From Gemmatimonadales bacterium (lineage in GTDB: Bacteria > Gemmatimonadota > Gemmatimonadetes > Gemmatimonadales > GWC2-71-9): a stretch of DNA of 64,000 nucleotides. The stretch is taken from assembly GCA_038250675.1 (NCBI GenBank), contig JBBSCB010000002.1, forward strand, positions 130,658 through 194,657, in the 5' to 3' direction. The notes under the pieces are model-generated. The model made no database searches and was not told the DNA's origin. It saw only the letters and a list, made by a program, of their open reading frames with translations. Below are positions 30,708-38,945 of this stretch, piece by piece (position 1 is the first letter of the stretch; each line of letters opens with the position of its first letter). A program made the position numbers and the translations under genes.

Positions 30708-30744
30708 AGCGGGGCGGCGCACTGCGCCGCCCCGCTGTTGTTTG
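30708..30744 (+). terminator. rho-independent terminator after the SGNH gene
   Basis: cagcggggcggcgca / tgcgccgccccgctg are perfect 15-nt arms, followed by TTGTTT. Confidence 0.75.
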
Positions 30745-30779
30745 GCGCTAGATTACGGCGAACCCGATCCGGAGCTGCC

Positions 30780-31358
30780 GTGACGATCCCGCGCGACCGT
30801 GCCCTGTCGCTGATGCACGAATACACCGCATCCGATGCGCTGCGAAAGCACATGTACGCCGTCGAGCTCGCGATGCGGGCGATGGCCACGCGCGTCGGCG
30901 CCGACCTGGACGCCTGGGGCGTCGTCGGCCTGCTGCACGACTTCGACTACGAGCGCTTCCCCAACGACGCGCACTCCGCCACCGAGGAGCACCCGGCCGA
31001 AGGGGTCCGCATCCTGGCGACCGAGGGACTGTCCGAGGAGTCCCAGCGCGCCATCCTGGGTCACGCGACGTACACCGGCGTCCCGCGCGACACGCCGATG
31101 GCACAGGCGCTCTTCGGCGTCGACGAGCTCTGCGGCTTCCTCGTGGCCTGCGCACTGGTTCGGCCGTCGCGCAGCCTGCAGGATCTCGAGGTCGCCAGCG
31201 TCCGGAAGAAGCTCAAGGACAAGGGCTTTGCGCGCGGGGTCAGCCGGGAGGATGTCACCCGGGGTGCCGAGGAGCTCGGCATACCCCTGGACGAACTTAT
31301 TGGCTTGGTGCTGGCCGCACTCCGACCACATGAGCGGACGCTCGGACTCGGCGGCTGA
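30780..31358 (+). CDS. HD domain phosphohydrolase
   Basis: GLLHDFDYE and HPAEG. GTG start at 30780 is preceded by GGAG. Confidence 0.8.
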   Translation: MTIPRDRALSLMHEYTASDALRKHMYAVELAMRAMATRVGADLDAWGVVGLLHDFDYERFPNDAHSATEEHPAEGVRILATEGLSEESQRAILGHATYTGVPRDTPMAQALFGVDELCGFLVACALVRPSRSLQDLEVASVRKKLKDKGFARGVSREDVTRGAEELGIPLDELIGLVLAALRPHERTLGLGG

Positions 31359-32773
31359 TGTCGCTGCCGGTCGTCGAGTTGGGAGGCCAGCCGGTCGAGA
31401 GCGCGATCAACCGCGCGGCCGGAGGGCGCCCGGTGCCCGGCAACCAGGTGGCCCTGCTGGTGGACGGGCCCGATGCGTACCGCGCAATGCTGGACGTCAT
31501 CGCGCAGGCCCGGCGCTGGGTCCACTTCGAGAACTACATCATCCGGGCCGACTCCGAGGGACGCCGCTTCGCCAACGTCCTCATCGCGCAGGCGCGCGCT
31601 GGCATCCGGGTTCGCGTCCTCTACGACTGGCTCGGCTCACTGGGAACGCCGAGGCGGTTCTGGCGGGAGCTGCGCGATGCCGGCGTGGAGGTGCGTGCCT
31701 TCCGCCCGCCCCGGATGCTCGATGCGGTCACGATGTTCTCGCGCAACCACCGGAAGCTGGTCGTGGCCGATGGCTGCCGGGCAGTGATGGGCGGACTGTG
31801 CATCGGTGCCGAATGGACCGGCGCCCGGACCCCGGCGGCGGAGCCCTGGCGCGACACGGCGATTGCGGTGGACGGGCCCGCGGCGGCCGTCCTCGACCAG
31901 GCGTTCAGCGTCACATGGCACGTCGCGGGTGGAACGCTTCCGGCCGACGAGACGGTGGCCGAGGTGCCGCTGCGGGGCCCGGCCGAGGTACGGGTCATCG
32001 CGGGCGAGCCCGGGCGCGAGCGCGCGTACCGGGTCATCGAGCTCCTGGCGGCGGGCAGCGTCCGGCGACTCTGGATCACCGACGCCTATCTGGTGGCGCC
32101 GCCGCGGCTCTTCCAGGCGCTGCGGGACGCGGCGCAGGACGGGGTGGACGTCCGGCTCCTCGTGCCCGGCATGAGCGACATACCGCTGGTGCGGAACCTC
32201 ACGCGCATTGGCTATCGCGACCTGCTCCGCAGCGGGGTCCGGATCTTCGAGTGGGACGGCCCGATGCTTCACTCCAAAACCATCAGTGTGGATGGGCGCT
32301 GGGCCCGGATCGGGTCGAGCAACCTCAATGCGTCGAGTCTCGTGGGCAACTACGAGCTGGACGTGCTGGTGGAGGATCCCGGCGTCGCGGAGGCGCTGGA
32401 GCGCCAGTTCCGGCGAGACATCGCGCGCAGCCGGGAGGTATCACGCCGGCCGCTCCGCGGCCCTCGCCGGATCAGTCAACGGCTGCCAAGCGCACTGACG
32501 CGGCTGGAACCGGATGCGCCCGTGATACACCAGCGCACCGCCCAGGAGGGGCGGCGGCGCGCCATGCTGGCGCTGCGGGCACTCGCGAACAACGCGCGCC
32601 GGTCGGTCTTCGGACCCCTGAGCTTCCTTCTGGTGGTGCTGGCAGCGCTGTTCGTGCTGCTGCCTCGCGCCTCGGCGTATGTCGTTGCGGCCGTGTGTGT
32701 TTGGTTTGCGATTGGAGCCGGCCGCGAAGCGTTCCGGCGCCGGGCGGAGAAGCCGGGCCGGCCCGGCGGATGA
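31358..32773 (+). CDS. phospholipase D / cardiolipin synthase family protein (two HKD motifs, C-terminal TM hairpin)
   Basis: HRKLVVADG and HSKTISVDGRWARIGSSNLN, with two hydrophobic helices near the C-terminus. Its ATG shares one base with the HD gene's TGA. Confidence 0.85.
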   Translation: MSLPVVELGGQPVESAINRAAGGRPVPGNQVALLVDGPDAYRAMLDVIAQARRWVHFENYIIRADSEGRRFANVLIAQARAGIRVRVLYDWLGSLGTPRRFWRELRDAGVEVRAFRPPRMLDAVTMFSRNHRKLVVADGCRAVMGGLCIGAEWTGARTPAAEPWRDTAIAVDGPAAAVLDQAFSVTWHVAGGTLPADETVAEVPLRGPAEVRVIAGEPGRERAYRVIELLAAGSVRRLWITDAYLVAPPRLFQALRDAAQDGVDVRLLVPGMSDIPLVRNLTRIGYRDLLRSGVRIFEWDGPMLHSKTISVDGRWARIGSSNLNASSLVGNYELDVLVEDPGVAEALERQFRRDIARSREVSRRPLRGPRRISQRLPSALTRLEPDAPVIHQRTAQEGRRRAMLALRALANNARRSVFGPLSFLLVVLAALFVLLPRASAYVVAAVCVWFAIGAGREAFRRRAEKPGRPGG

Positions 32774-32792
32774 GCGGCCGGCCCGGGCCACG

Positions 32793-33374
32793 ATGGCCCA
32801 ACGTTCCCGGCGCGGCACGCGTATGACCGTCGTGACCGATGCCGAACTGGCAGCCGAGGCTGCCTCCGGAAATCCGGATGCCTTCGGTCGGCTGGTCGAG
32901 CGTCACGCGCCGGCGGCACGCCGGGTGGCCCGGCTGTTCCTGCAGGACGGGGACGATGCCGACGACGCCGTGCAGGATGGCATGCTTTCGGCCTGGCGCG
33001 CCATCGACCGGTTCGACACTGGGCGGCCGTTTCGTCCCTGGCTGCTGCGCATCGTGCTCAATTCCGCCCGGGACCTGCGCCGGCGGCGGGTGGTGCGGCG
33101 CACGGAGCAGCTGCCCGACAGCCAGGCCAGCCGGACGCCGGGCCCCGAACACGAAACCGATCGCAGGCTGTTGCGCGCCCGGCTCGATGCGGCGCTGGCG
33201 ACGCTGCCGGAACGCCAGCGGGTCGCCGTCACGTTGTTCGATGCCGAGGGGTATCCGCACGCCGAGATTGCCGCATTGCTCGGTGTGCCCGAAGGCACGG
33301 TTCGCTCGGATGTGTTCCACGCACGACGCGCACTCCGCAAGGAGCTGGCGCCGTTTCTCGAGGAGGTTCGATGA
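32793..33374 (+). CDS. RNA polymerase ECF-type sigma factor
   Basis: Region 2 (DADDAVQDGMLSAWRAIDRFD, FRPWLLRIVLN) and region 4 (EGYPHAEIAALLGVPEGTVRSDV). Confidence 0.85.
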   Translation: MAQRSRRGTRMTVVTDAELAAEAASGNPDAFGRLVERHAPAARRVARLFLQDGDDADDAVQDGMLSAWRAIDRFDTGRPFRPWLLRIVLNSARDLRRRRVVRRTEQLPDSQASRTPGPEHETDRRLLRARLDAALATLPERQRVAVTLFDAEGYPHAEIAALLGVPEGTVRSDVFHARRALRKELAPFLEEVR

Positions 33375-33724
33375 TCGGGCACGACCCGTTCGATGCGCAG
33401 CCGGATGCGGCCCTCGGCCGCCTGCTCCGCGAGCATCTCGATGCCGGTGACGACGGGGCGTTCGTCGCGCGGGTGCGCGGCATGCTCGCGTCCGAACGCG
33501 ATACCAGCTGGGACGTGCTGACCCGCTGGGCGCGCCCCGGACTCGCGGCCGCGGCCTCCATCGCCGTGGGGCTCGGCCTCTGGCTCGCACTGGCCGGCAA
33601 TCCGGAGCCGAGCGCCACACTGGCGGACGCGATCCGTCCCGCCGGCGCGCCGGCGACGGTTCTGGCCGGCGCTCAGGCCCCCAGCAGCGAGAGTGTGATC
33701 GGCGCGCTCATGGTCGATCGATGA
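33371..33724 (+). CDS. putative anti-sigma factor (single TM)
   Basis: Its position overlaps the sigma gene stop codon (ATGA). It has one central TM helix and no zf-HC2 motif. Confidence 0.45.
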   Translation: MIGHDPFDAQPDAALGRLLREHLDAGDDGAFVARVRGMLASERDTSWDVLTRWARPGLAAAASIAVGLGLWLALAGNPEPSATLADAIRPAGAPATVLAGAQAPSSESVIGALMVDR

Positions 33725-34113
33725 TGCCCTCTCGCGGCCGGGCGCTCGTCCTGCTCATCGCGGTCTTTGCCGCCGGCGTGCTGGCCGGTGCCGGCGCGTC
33801 GATGCTGCTCGGGCGCCGCGCTCCCCGGCGGGCGCCGCGGCACGGCCCGGACGAATTCATTCAGTACGCCACCAAGACGCTGGGCCTGTCACCCACGCAG
33901 CAGGACAGCGTCCGCGCGATCCTCACCCGACGTCGGTCGAGCATGGATTCGCTGTGGGCAGAAGTGGGTCCGCGGTTTGAAACCTTGCAGACCAGCGTGC
34001 GTTCGGACATCCGGGCGCAGCTCAATCCAGACCAACAGCGAAAGTTTGCCGAGATGAACAAGCGGTTCGATGCCGCGCGCGCAACGCGGGGAGGTTCCCA
34101 TGCGCCGCGCTGA
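33721..34113 (+). CDS. periplasmic LTXXQ-motif protein (Spy/CpxP-like)
   Basis: N-terminal signal/anchor, plus LSPTQQ and LNPDQQ repeats in a helical, charged protein. Confidence 0.6.
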   Translation: MMPSRGRALVLLIAVFAAGVLAGAGASMLLGRRAPRRAPRHGPDEFIQYATKTLGLSPTQQDSVRAILTRRRSSMDSLWAEVGPRFETLQTSVRSDIRAQLNPDQQRKFAEMNKRFDAARATRGGSHAPR

Positions 34114-35401
34114 CGTCCTGATGACCATGCTCTTCCTCGCCGCCGCGGGGCCGCTGGCCGCACAGGCCCGGCAGGTATCGCTCGATGAAGCGATCAAGCT
34201 GGCGGAGAGCTCGCAGCCCCGCGTGATTCAGGCGGAGGCCAACCTCACCACCGCCAATGCGCGCCTCCGGACAGTCAAGGCGGCCTATCTGCCCAACCTG
34301 TCGTTCTCATCGTCGGGGAGCAACTTCCACGCGTCGGGGCCGGCGCGCCTCAACCCCATCACCAATGAGGTGGTGCCCGGCGGCACCAGCAGCAGCAGCC
34401 TGAGCACCAACCTCAGTGCCAGCGTCGATCTGTTCACCGGGTTTCGCCGGGGCGCGGACATCGGCGCGGCACGGGCCACGACCGACGCCGCCAACGCGTC
34501 GCTCGTCGACGCGCGCTACCAGCAGCGGCTGACCACGACCAACGCCTTCTTCGACGCACTTGCCTCCCGGCAGCTGCTGGCGGTGCGCCAGGCGAGCGTG
34601 CGCCGCGCGGAGGAGCAACTCAAGATCTCGATCAGCAAGCTCAGCGCCGGCTCGGCGACGCGCTCCGATTCGCTGCGTTCGCGCGTGACGCTCGGCACGG
34701 CGCAGCTCCAGCTGCTTCAGGCACAGTCGCAGCTCGCGACGACGGAAGCGACGCTGGCACGCACGATCGGCGTCACCGGCCGGGTGCAGGCGGAGGACGA
34801 CTCGGCCTTCTATCGGGTGGTGCCGGCGGCGGACAGCGCGGCGCTCCGTGCGGAGGCGGTGCAGCGCTCGCCGTCGGTGCAGGCGGCGCTCGCCAGCGCC
34901 CGCTCGGCCGACGCGGCGCTCCGATCGGCGCGCTCCGGATACTGGCCCACGCTCTCGCTCAACGGGAACACCGGCTGGAGCGGCAACAGCGGCACGTCGT
35001 ACCATCTGTACAACCAGCGACAGGTCAGTCTCCAGCTCAGCTGGAATCTGTTCAACCGGTTCAGCCGCGAGCAGCAGATCGCGACGCAGCAGGCCAACGT
35101 CGACATCGCGGCGGCCAACGCCGCGGACCTCGGCCGCTCGGTCGAGACGACACTGACCGGCCAGATCGCATCGCTGGAAGCGGCGCATGCCGGGATCGGC
35201 ATCGCGCAGACCAGTGTCGTCGCGGCGGAAGAAGACCTCCGCGTGGTGCAGGAGCGCTACCGGCTGGGGGCGGCGACCATCGTCGACGTGCTCACGTCGC
35301 AGGAAGCGCTGAGCCAGGCGGAGGTGGATGCGCTGTCCGCCCGGTTCAACTATCTGCGCGCCAAGGCGCAGATCGAAGCCCTTCTCGGACGGAACCTATG
35401 A
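34100..35401 (+). CDS. TolC family outer membrane efflux protein
   Basis: Signal peptide and a duplicated coiled-coil/beta layout ([10 protein letters not shown] ..., YLPNLS, YWPTLS). GGGGAGG lies before the ATG at 34100. Confidence 0.85.
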   Translation: MRRADVLMTMLFLAAAGPLAAQARQVSLDEAIKLAESSQPRVIQAEANLTTANARLRTVKAAYLPNLSFSSSGSNFHASGPARLNPITNEVVPGGTSSSSLSTNLSASVDLFTGFRRGADIGAARATTDAANASLVDARYQQRLTTTNAFFDALASRQLLAVRQASVRRAEEQLKISISKLSAGSATRSDSLRSRVTLGTAQLQLLQAQSQLATTEATLARTIGVTGRVQAEDDSAFYRVVPAADSAALRAEAVQRSPSVQAALASARSADAALRSARSGYWPTLSLNGNTGWSGNSGTSYHLYNQRQVSLQLSWNLFNRFSREQQIATQQANVDIAAANAADLGRSVETTLTGQIASLEAAHAGIGIAQTSVVAAEEDLRVVQERYRLGAATIVDVLTSQEALSQAEVDALSARFNYLRAKAQIEALLGRNL

Positions 35402-36153
35402 CCGCCATCCACAACACCGATGAGCGGATGGCGATGCTGCCGTCCGACGTGCCGCGCGACGCGATCATCGTCACGCGGAACCTGCAGCGCGAATACGACA
35501 TGGGCGGCGAGGTGGTCCGGGCGCTGCGCGGCGTCGACCTGACAATCCGCAAGAACGAGTACGTGGCCATCATGGGCCCGTCCGGTTCGGGTAAGAGCAC
35601 CCTGATGAACATGATCGGGTGCCTCGACAGCCCCACCGCCGGCGAATACTGGCTCAACGGCTTCCGGGTCTCGGAGCTGGGTGACGACGAGCTCGCCCGG
35701 ATCCGCAACAAGGAGATCGGTTTCGTCTTCCAGACGTTCAACCTGCTGCCGCGCGCGTCGGCGCTGCACAACGTGGAGCTGCCGCTGGTGTACGCGGGGA
35801 TCGGCTCGCGAGAGCGGAAGGACATGGCGAGCGAGGCGCTGACGCGCGTCGGCCTGGGAGACCGCATGACCCACCGCCCCAACGAGCTCTCCGGCGGACA
35901 GCGCCAGCGCGTTGCGATCGCCCGGGCGCTGGTCAACCAGCCCAGCATCCTGCTGGCCGACGAGCCCACGGGCAACCTGGACAGCACCACCAGCACCGAA
36001 ATCATGGCGTTGTTCGAGGCGTTGTACGGCGAGGGCCAGACCATCTTGCTTGTCACGCACGAGGCGGACATCGCCGAGCACGCGCTCCGGCAATTTCACC
36101 TGAAGGACGGCCGCGTGGAGCGGGACTTTTTCACGGAGAGACAGACCAGATGA
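35398..36153 (+). CDS. ABC transporter ATP-binding protein (MacB/LolD type)
   Basis: [35 protein letters not shown] and VTHE are all canonical. Confidence 0.95.
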   Translation: MTAIHNTDERMAMLPSDVPRDAIIVTRNLQREYDMGGEVVRALRGVDLTIRKNEYVAIMGPSGSGKSTLMNMIGCLDSPTAGEYWLNGFRVSELGDDELARIRNKEIGFVFQTFNLLPRASALHNVELPLVYAGIGSRERKDMASEALTRVGLGDRMTHRPNELSGGQRQRVAIARALVNQPSILLADEPTGNLDSTTSTEIMALFEALYGEGQTILLVTHEADIAEHALRQFHLKDGRVERDFFTERQTR

Positions 36154-37703
36154 TGCGTTCACGTGCGGTCGCCATTCTCGCCCTCGTCGCGGCCGCCGGG
36201 GCCTGCAAGAAGGCGCCACCTCCGCTGGCATATCAGGCGGTCCCGGTCGAGCGCCGCGACATCATCGTCTCCGCGCAGGCCGCCGGCGCGATCCAGCCCG
36301 ATACCACTGTCGAGGTGAAGTCGAAAGCCTCGGGCGAAGTGCTCCAGATGCTGGCCGAGACCGGCCAGGAGGTGAAGCAGGGCGATCTGCTGGTCAAGAT
36401 CGACCCCCGCATCCCCCGCAACAACCTGGATCAGGCGCAGGCGGACCTCACGGTGGCGCGTGCCACCCTGGCCAACGCCACCGCCCAGAAGAAGCGGTCG
36501 GACGAGCTCTACAAGTCGCAGGCGATCACGCAGCAGGAGCACGAGCAGGCGGTGCTGGACTACGCCAACGCGCAGGCTGGCGTCATCCGCAGCACGGTCT
36601 CCGTGGAGAACGCCAAGATCCAGCTGGCGGACGCCAACGTGCGCGCGCCGACCAGCGGCACGATCATCGAGAAGGACGTCGAACGCGGCCAGCTCATCGC
36701 ATCGGCCACGGGCAACGTGAGCGGCGGCACCACGCTCCTCAAGATGGCCAACCTCAGCCTGGTACAGGTGCTGGCCCAGGTGGACGAGACCGACATCGGC
36801 AAGATCAAGCCGGGCATGCCCGCGACGGTGACGGTGGACGCCTATCCCAACCGCCCGTTCGAGGGCACCGTCCTCAAAATCGAGCCGCAGGCGGTGGTGA
36901 CCCAGAACGTCACGATGTTCCCGGTCCGCGTGCGGATCAACAATCAGTCGGGACTGCTGCGGCCCGGCATGAACACCGAAGTTCAGATTCACATCGGCGA
37001 GCGTGACAGCGTGCTGGCGGTGCCCAACGCGGCGCTCCGCACCACCAAGGACGTGGGATCAGCCGCACAGGTCCTCGGGCTCTCGCCCGAGGACGTGCAG
37101 AAGCAGCTCGCGGCGCAGCCCGCGCCGCCGCCGCCCTCGGCCGCTCCGCAGAACGATTCGGCGAGCCGCGTGTCCATGGGCGCCACCACACCCAGGGACT
37201 CCGCGGCCAAGGCGGGCGGCAATACGATGACCCTGCCCAACGGCGCCACCGTTGCACTGCCGCCTGGCGTCACTGCGGCACAGGTCCAGGCCATCATGCA
37301 GAAGCGCATCAGCGGCCAGCAGCCCACCGCCGAGGAGACGGCACTGCTCCGGAAGGTGTTCCAGTCGATGGGCGGCGGACGGGGCGGCAACGGACGGGTG
37401 GGTGGCAACCGGCGCAACAACGCCGCGGACTTCGGCGGCGCCTACGTCGTGTTCATCAAGCGCGCGGGCCAGATCCTGCCGGTCAACATTCGGACCGGGC
37501 TCACCGACCTCGACTACAGTGAAGTGGTCAGCGGGCTGCAGGAAGGCGATTCGGTCCTCATGCTGCCCAGCGCGGGCATGATCCAGGCGCAGCAGGACAT
37601 GAAGGAGCGGATCAACCGCGTGACCGGTGGCGGCGGCGTCCCCGGCATGAAGCAGCAGACGCCGACCACGCCGACCGCCCGCCCGAGCGGCGGAGGGAGG
37701 TAG
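36150..37703 (+). CDS. efflux periplasmic adaptor subunit (MacA/HlyD family) with a long internal low-complexity insertion
   Basis: Lipobox AGAC plus lipoyl / alpha-hairpin / beta-barrel pattern. At 517 aa it is longer than the lengths I recall as typical for the family. Confidence 0.9.
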   Translation: MMRSRAVAILALVAAAGACKKAPPPLAYQAVPVERRDIIVSAQAAGAIQPDTTVEVKSKASGEVLQMLAETGQEVKQGDLLVKIDPRIPRNNLDQAQADLTVARATLANATAQKKRSDELYKSQAITQQEHEQAVLDYANAQAGVIRSTVSVENAKIQLADANVRAPTSGTIIEKDVERGQLIASATGNVSGGTTLLKMANLSLVQVLAQVDETDIGKIKPGMPATVTVDAYPNRPFEGTVLKIEPQAVVTQNVTMFPVRVRINNQSGLLRPGMNTEVQIHIGERDSVLAVPNAALRTTKDVGSAAQVLGLSPEDVQKQLAAQPAPPPPSAAPQNDSASRVSMGATTPRDSAAKAGGNTMTLPNGATVALPPGVTAAQVQAIMQKRISGQQPTAEETALLRKVFQSMGGGRGGNGRVGGNRRNNAADFGGAYVVFIKRAGQILPVNIRTGLTDLDYSEVVSGLQEGDSVLMLPSAGMIQAQQDMKERINRVTGGGGVPGMKQQTPTTPTARPSGGGR

Positions 37704-37706
37704 TCC

Positions 37707-38918
37707 ATGCTGGTGGGAGAAACCGTCGCCGTCGCGTTCCAGTCCATCCGGGCCAACAAGCTCCGGGCCGGGCTGACCATGCTCGGCATCATCATCGGCG
37801 TCGGCGCCGTGATCACGATGGTGGCGCTGGGGTCCGGCGCGCAGAAATCCATCGAGGACCGCATCGCGGCACTGGGCGCCAACATCCTGACCGTCTATGC
37901 GGGCCAGGGCTTTCGCGGCGGCATCGGATTCAGCGACAAGACCCAGCTGACCACGGACGACTACGAGGCGCTCCGGCGTGACGCCAGGCTCATCAAGGCG
38001 GTGGTGCCGGAGCTGCAGGGCAACCAGCAGGTGCAGTTCGGCGGCCAGAACATCAACACCACCGTGCTGGGCACCACCGCCGGCTATGTGCCGATGCACA
38101 ACTACACGGTACCGTACGGCCGCATGTTCAGCGACGGCGACGACCAGGCGCGGCAGCGCTACGCCGTGCTTGGCGCGGCGATCCCGGAGATGCTGGGCGG
38201 CAATCCGGCCGCGATGATCCACCAGACGATGCTCATCCGCGGCGTGCCGTTCGAGATCATCGGCGTGCTCAGCTCCAAGGGCGCGTCCGGCTTCTCCAAT
38301 CCCGACGAGCAGATCATCATCCCGATCCAGACGGCGCAGTTCCGCATCTACGGGACCAAGCGGATCCGGTCGCTGTCGGTGCAGGTGGCCGACAACGTGC
38401 CGCTCGAGTCGGGCATGGTGGACATGGAGCGGGTCCTGCGGCGCGAGCACAAGATCCGCCCCGGTGCCGACGACGACTTTCAGGTCCGCAACCAGCAGGA
38501 CTTCCTGGCGACGCAGCAGCAGGCCACCCAGGTCTTCACGTCACTGCTCGCCAGCATCGCAGCCGTCAGCCTCATCGTGGGCGGCATCGGCATCATGAAC
38601 ATCATGCTGGTGTCCGTCACCGAGCGCACCCGGGAGATCGGCGTGCGGAAGGCGCTGGGTGCCACCCGGCTGAACATCATGCTCCAGTTCCTGATTGAAG
38701 CGCTGGTGCTCTGCCTGACCGGCGGCGCGATCGGCATCCTGCTGGGAGTGGGTGCGGCCGTCCTGCTCTCCCGGCTGGCCCAGTGGAACGTGCTCATTTC
38801 GCCGACGTCGATCGTGGTGGCCTTTGCCTTCAGCGCCATCATCGGGCTGTTCTTCGGCATCTGGCCGGCGCGGCGGGCGGCGAGTCTCGATCCCATCGTG
38901 GCGCTGCGCTACGAATAG
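37707..38918 (+). CDS. ABC transporter permease (MacB/FtsX type)
   Basis: N-terminal TM, a large periplasmic domain, and a C-terminal FtsX 3-TM bundle (GGIGIMNIMLVSVTERTREIGVRKALGA). Confidence 0.9.
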   Translation: MLVGETVAVAFQSIRANKLRAGLTMLGIIIGVGAVITMVALGSGAQKSIEDRIAALGANILTVYAGQGFRGGIGFSDKTQLTTDDYEALRRDARLIKAVVPELQGNQQVQFGGQNINTTVLGTTAGYVPMHNYTVPYGRMFSDGDDQARQRYAVLGAAIPEMLGGNPAAMIHQTMLIRGVPFEIIGVLSSKGASGFSNPDEQIIIPIQTAQFRIYGTKRIRSLSVQVADNVPLESGMVDMERVLRREHKIRPGADDDFQVRNQQDFLATQQQATQVFTSLLASIAAVSLIVGGIGIMNIMLVSVTERTREIGVRKALGATRLNIMLQFLIEALVLCLTGGAIGILLGVGAAVLLSRLAQWNVLISPTSIVVAFAFSAIIGLFFGIWPARRAASLDPIVALRYE

Positions 38919-38945
38919 CGCAGATGGGCGTTATCTTCGACGCCC

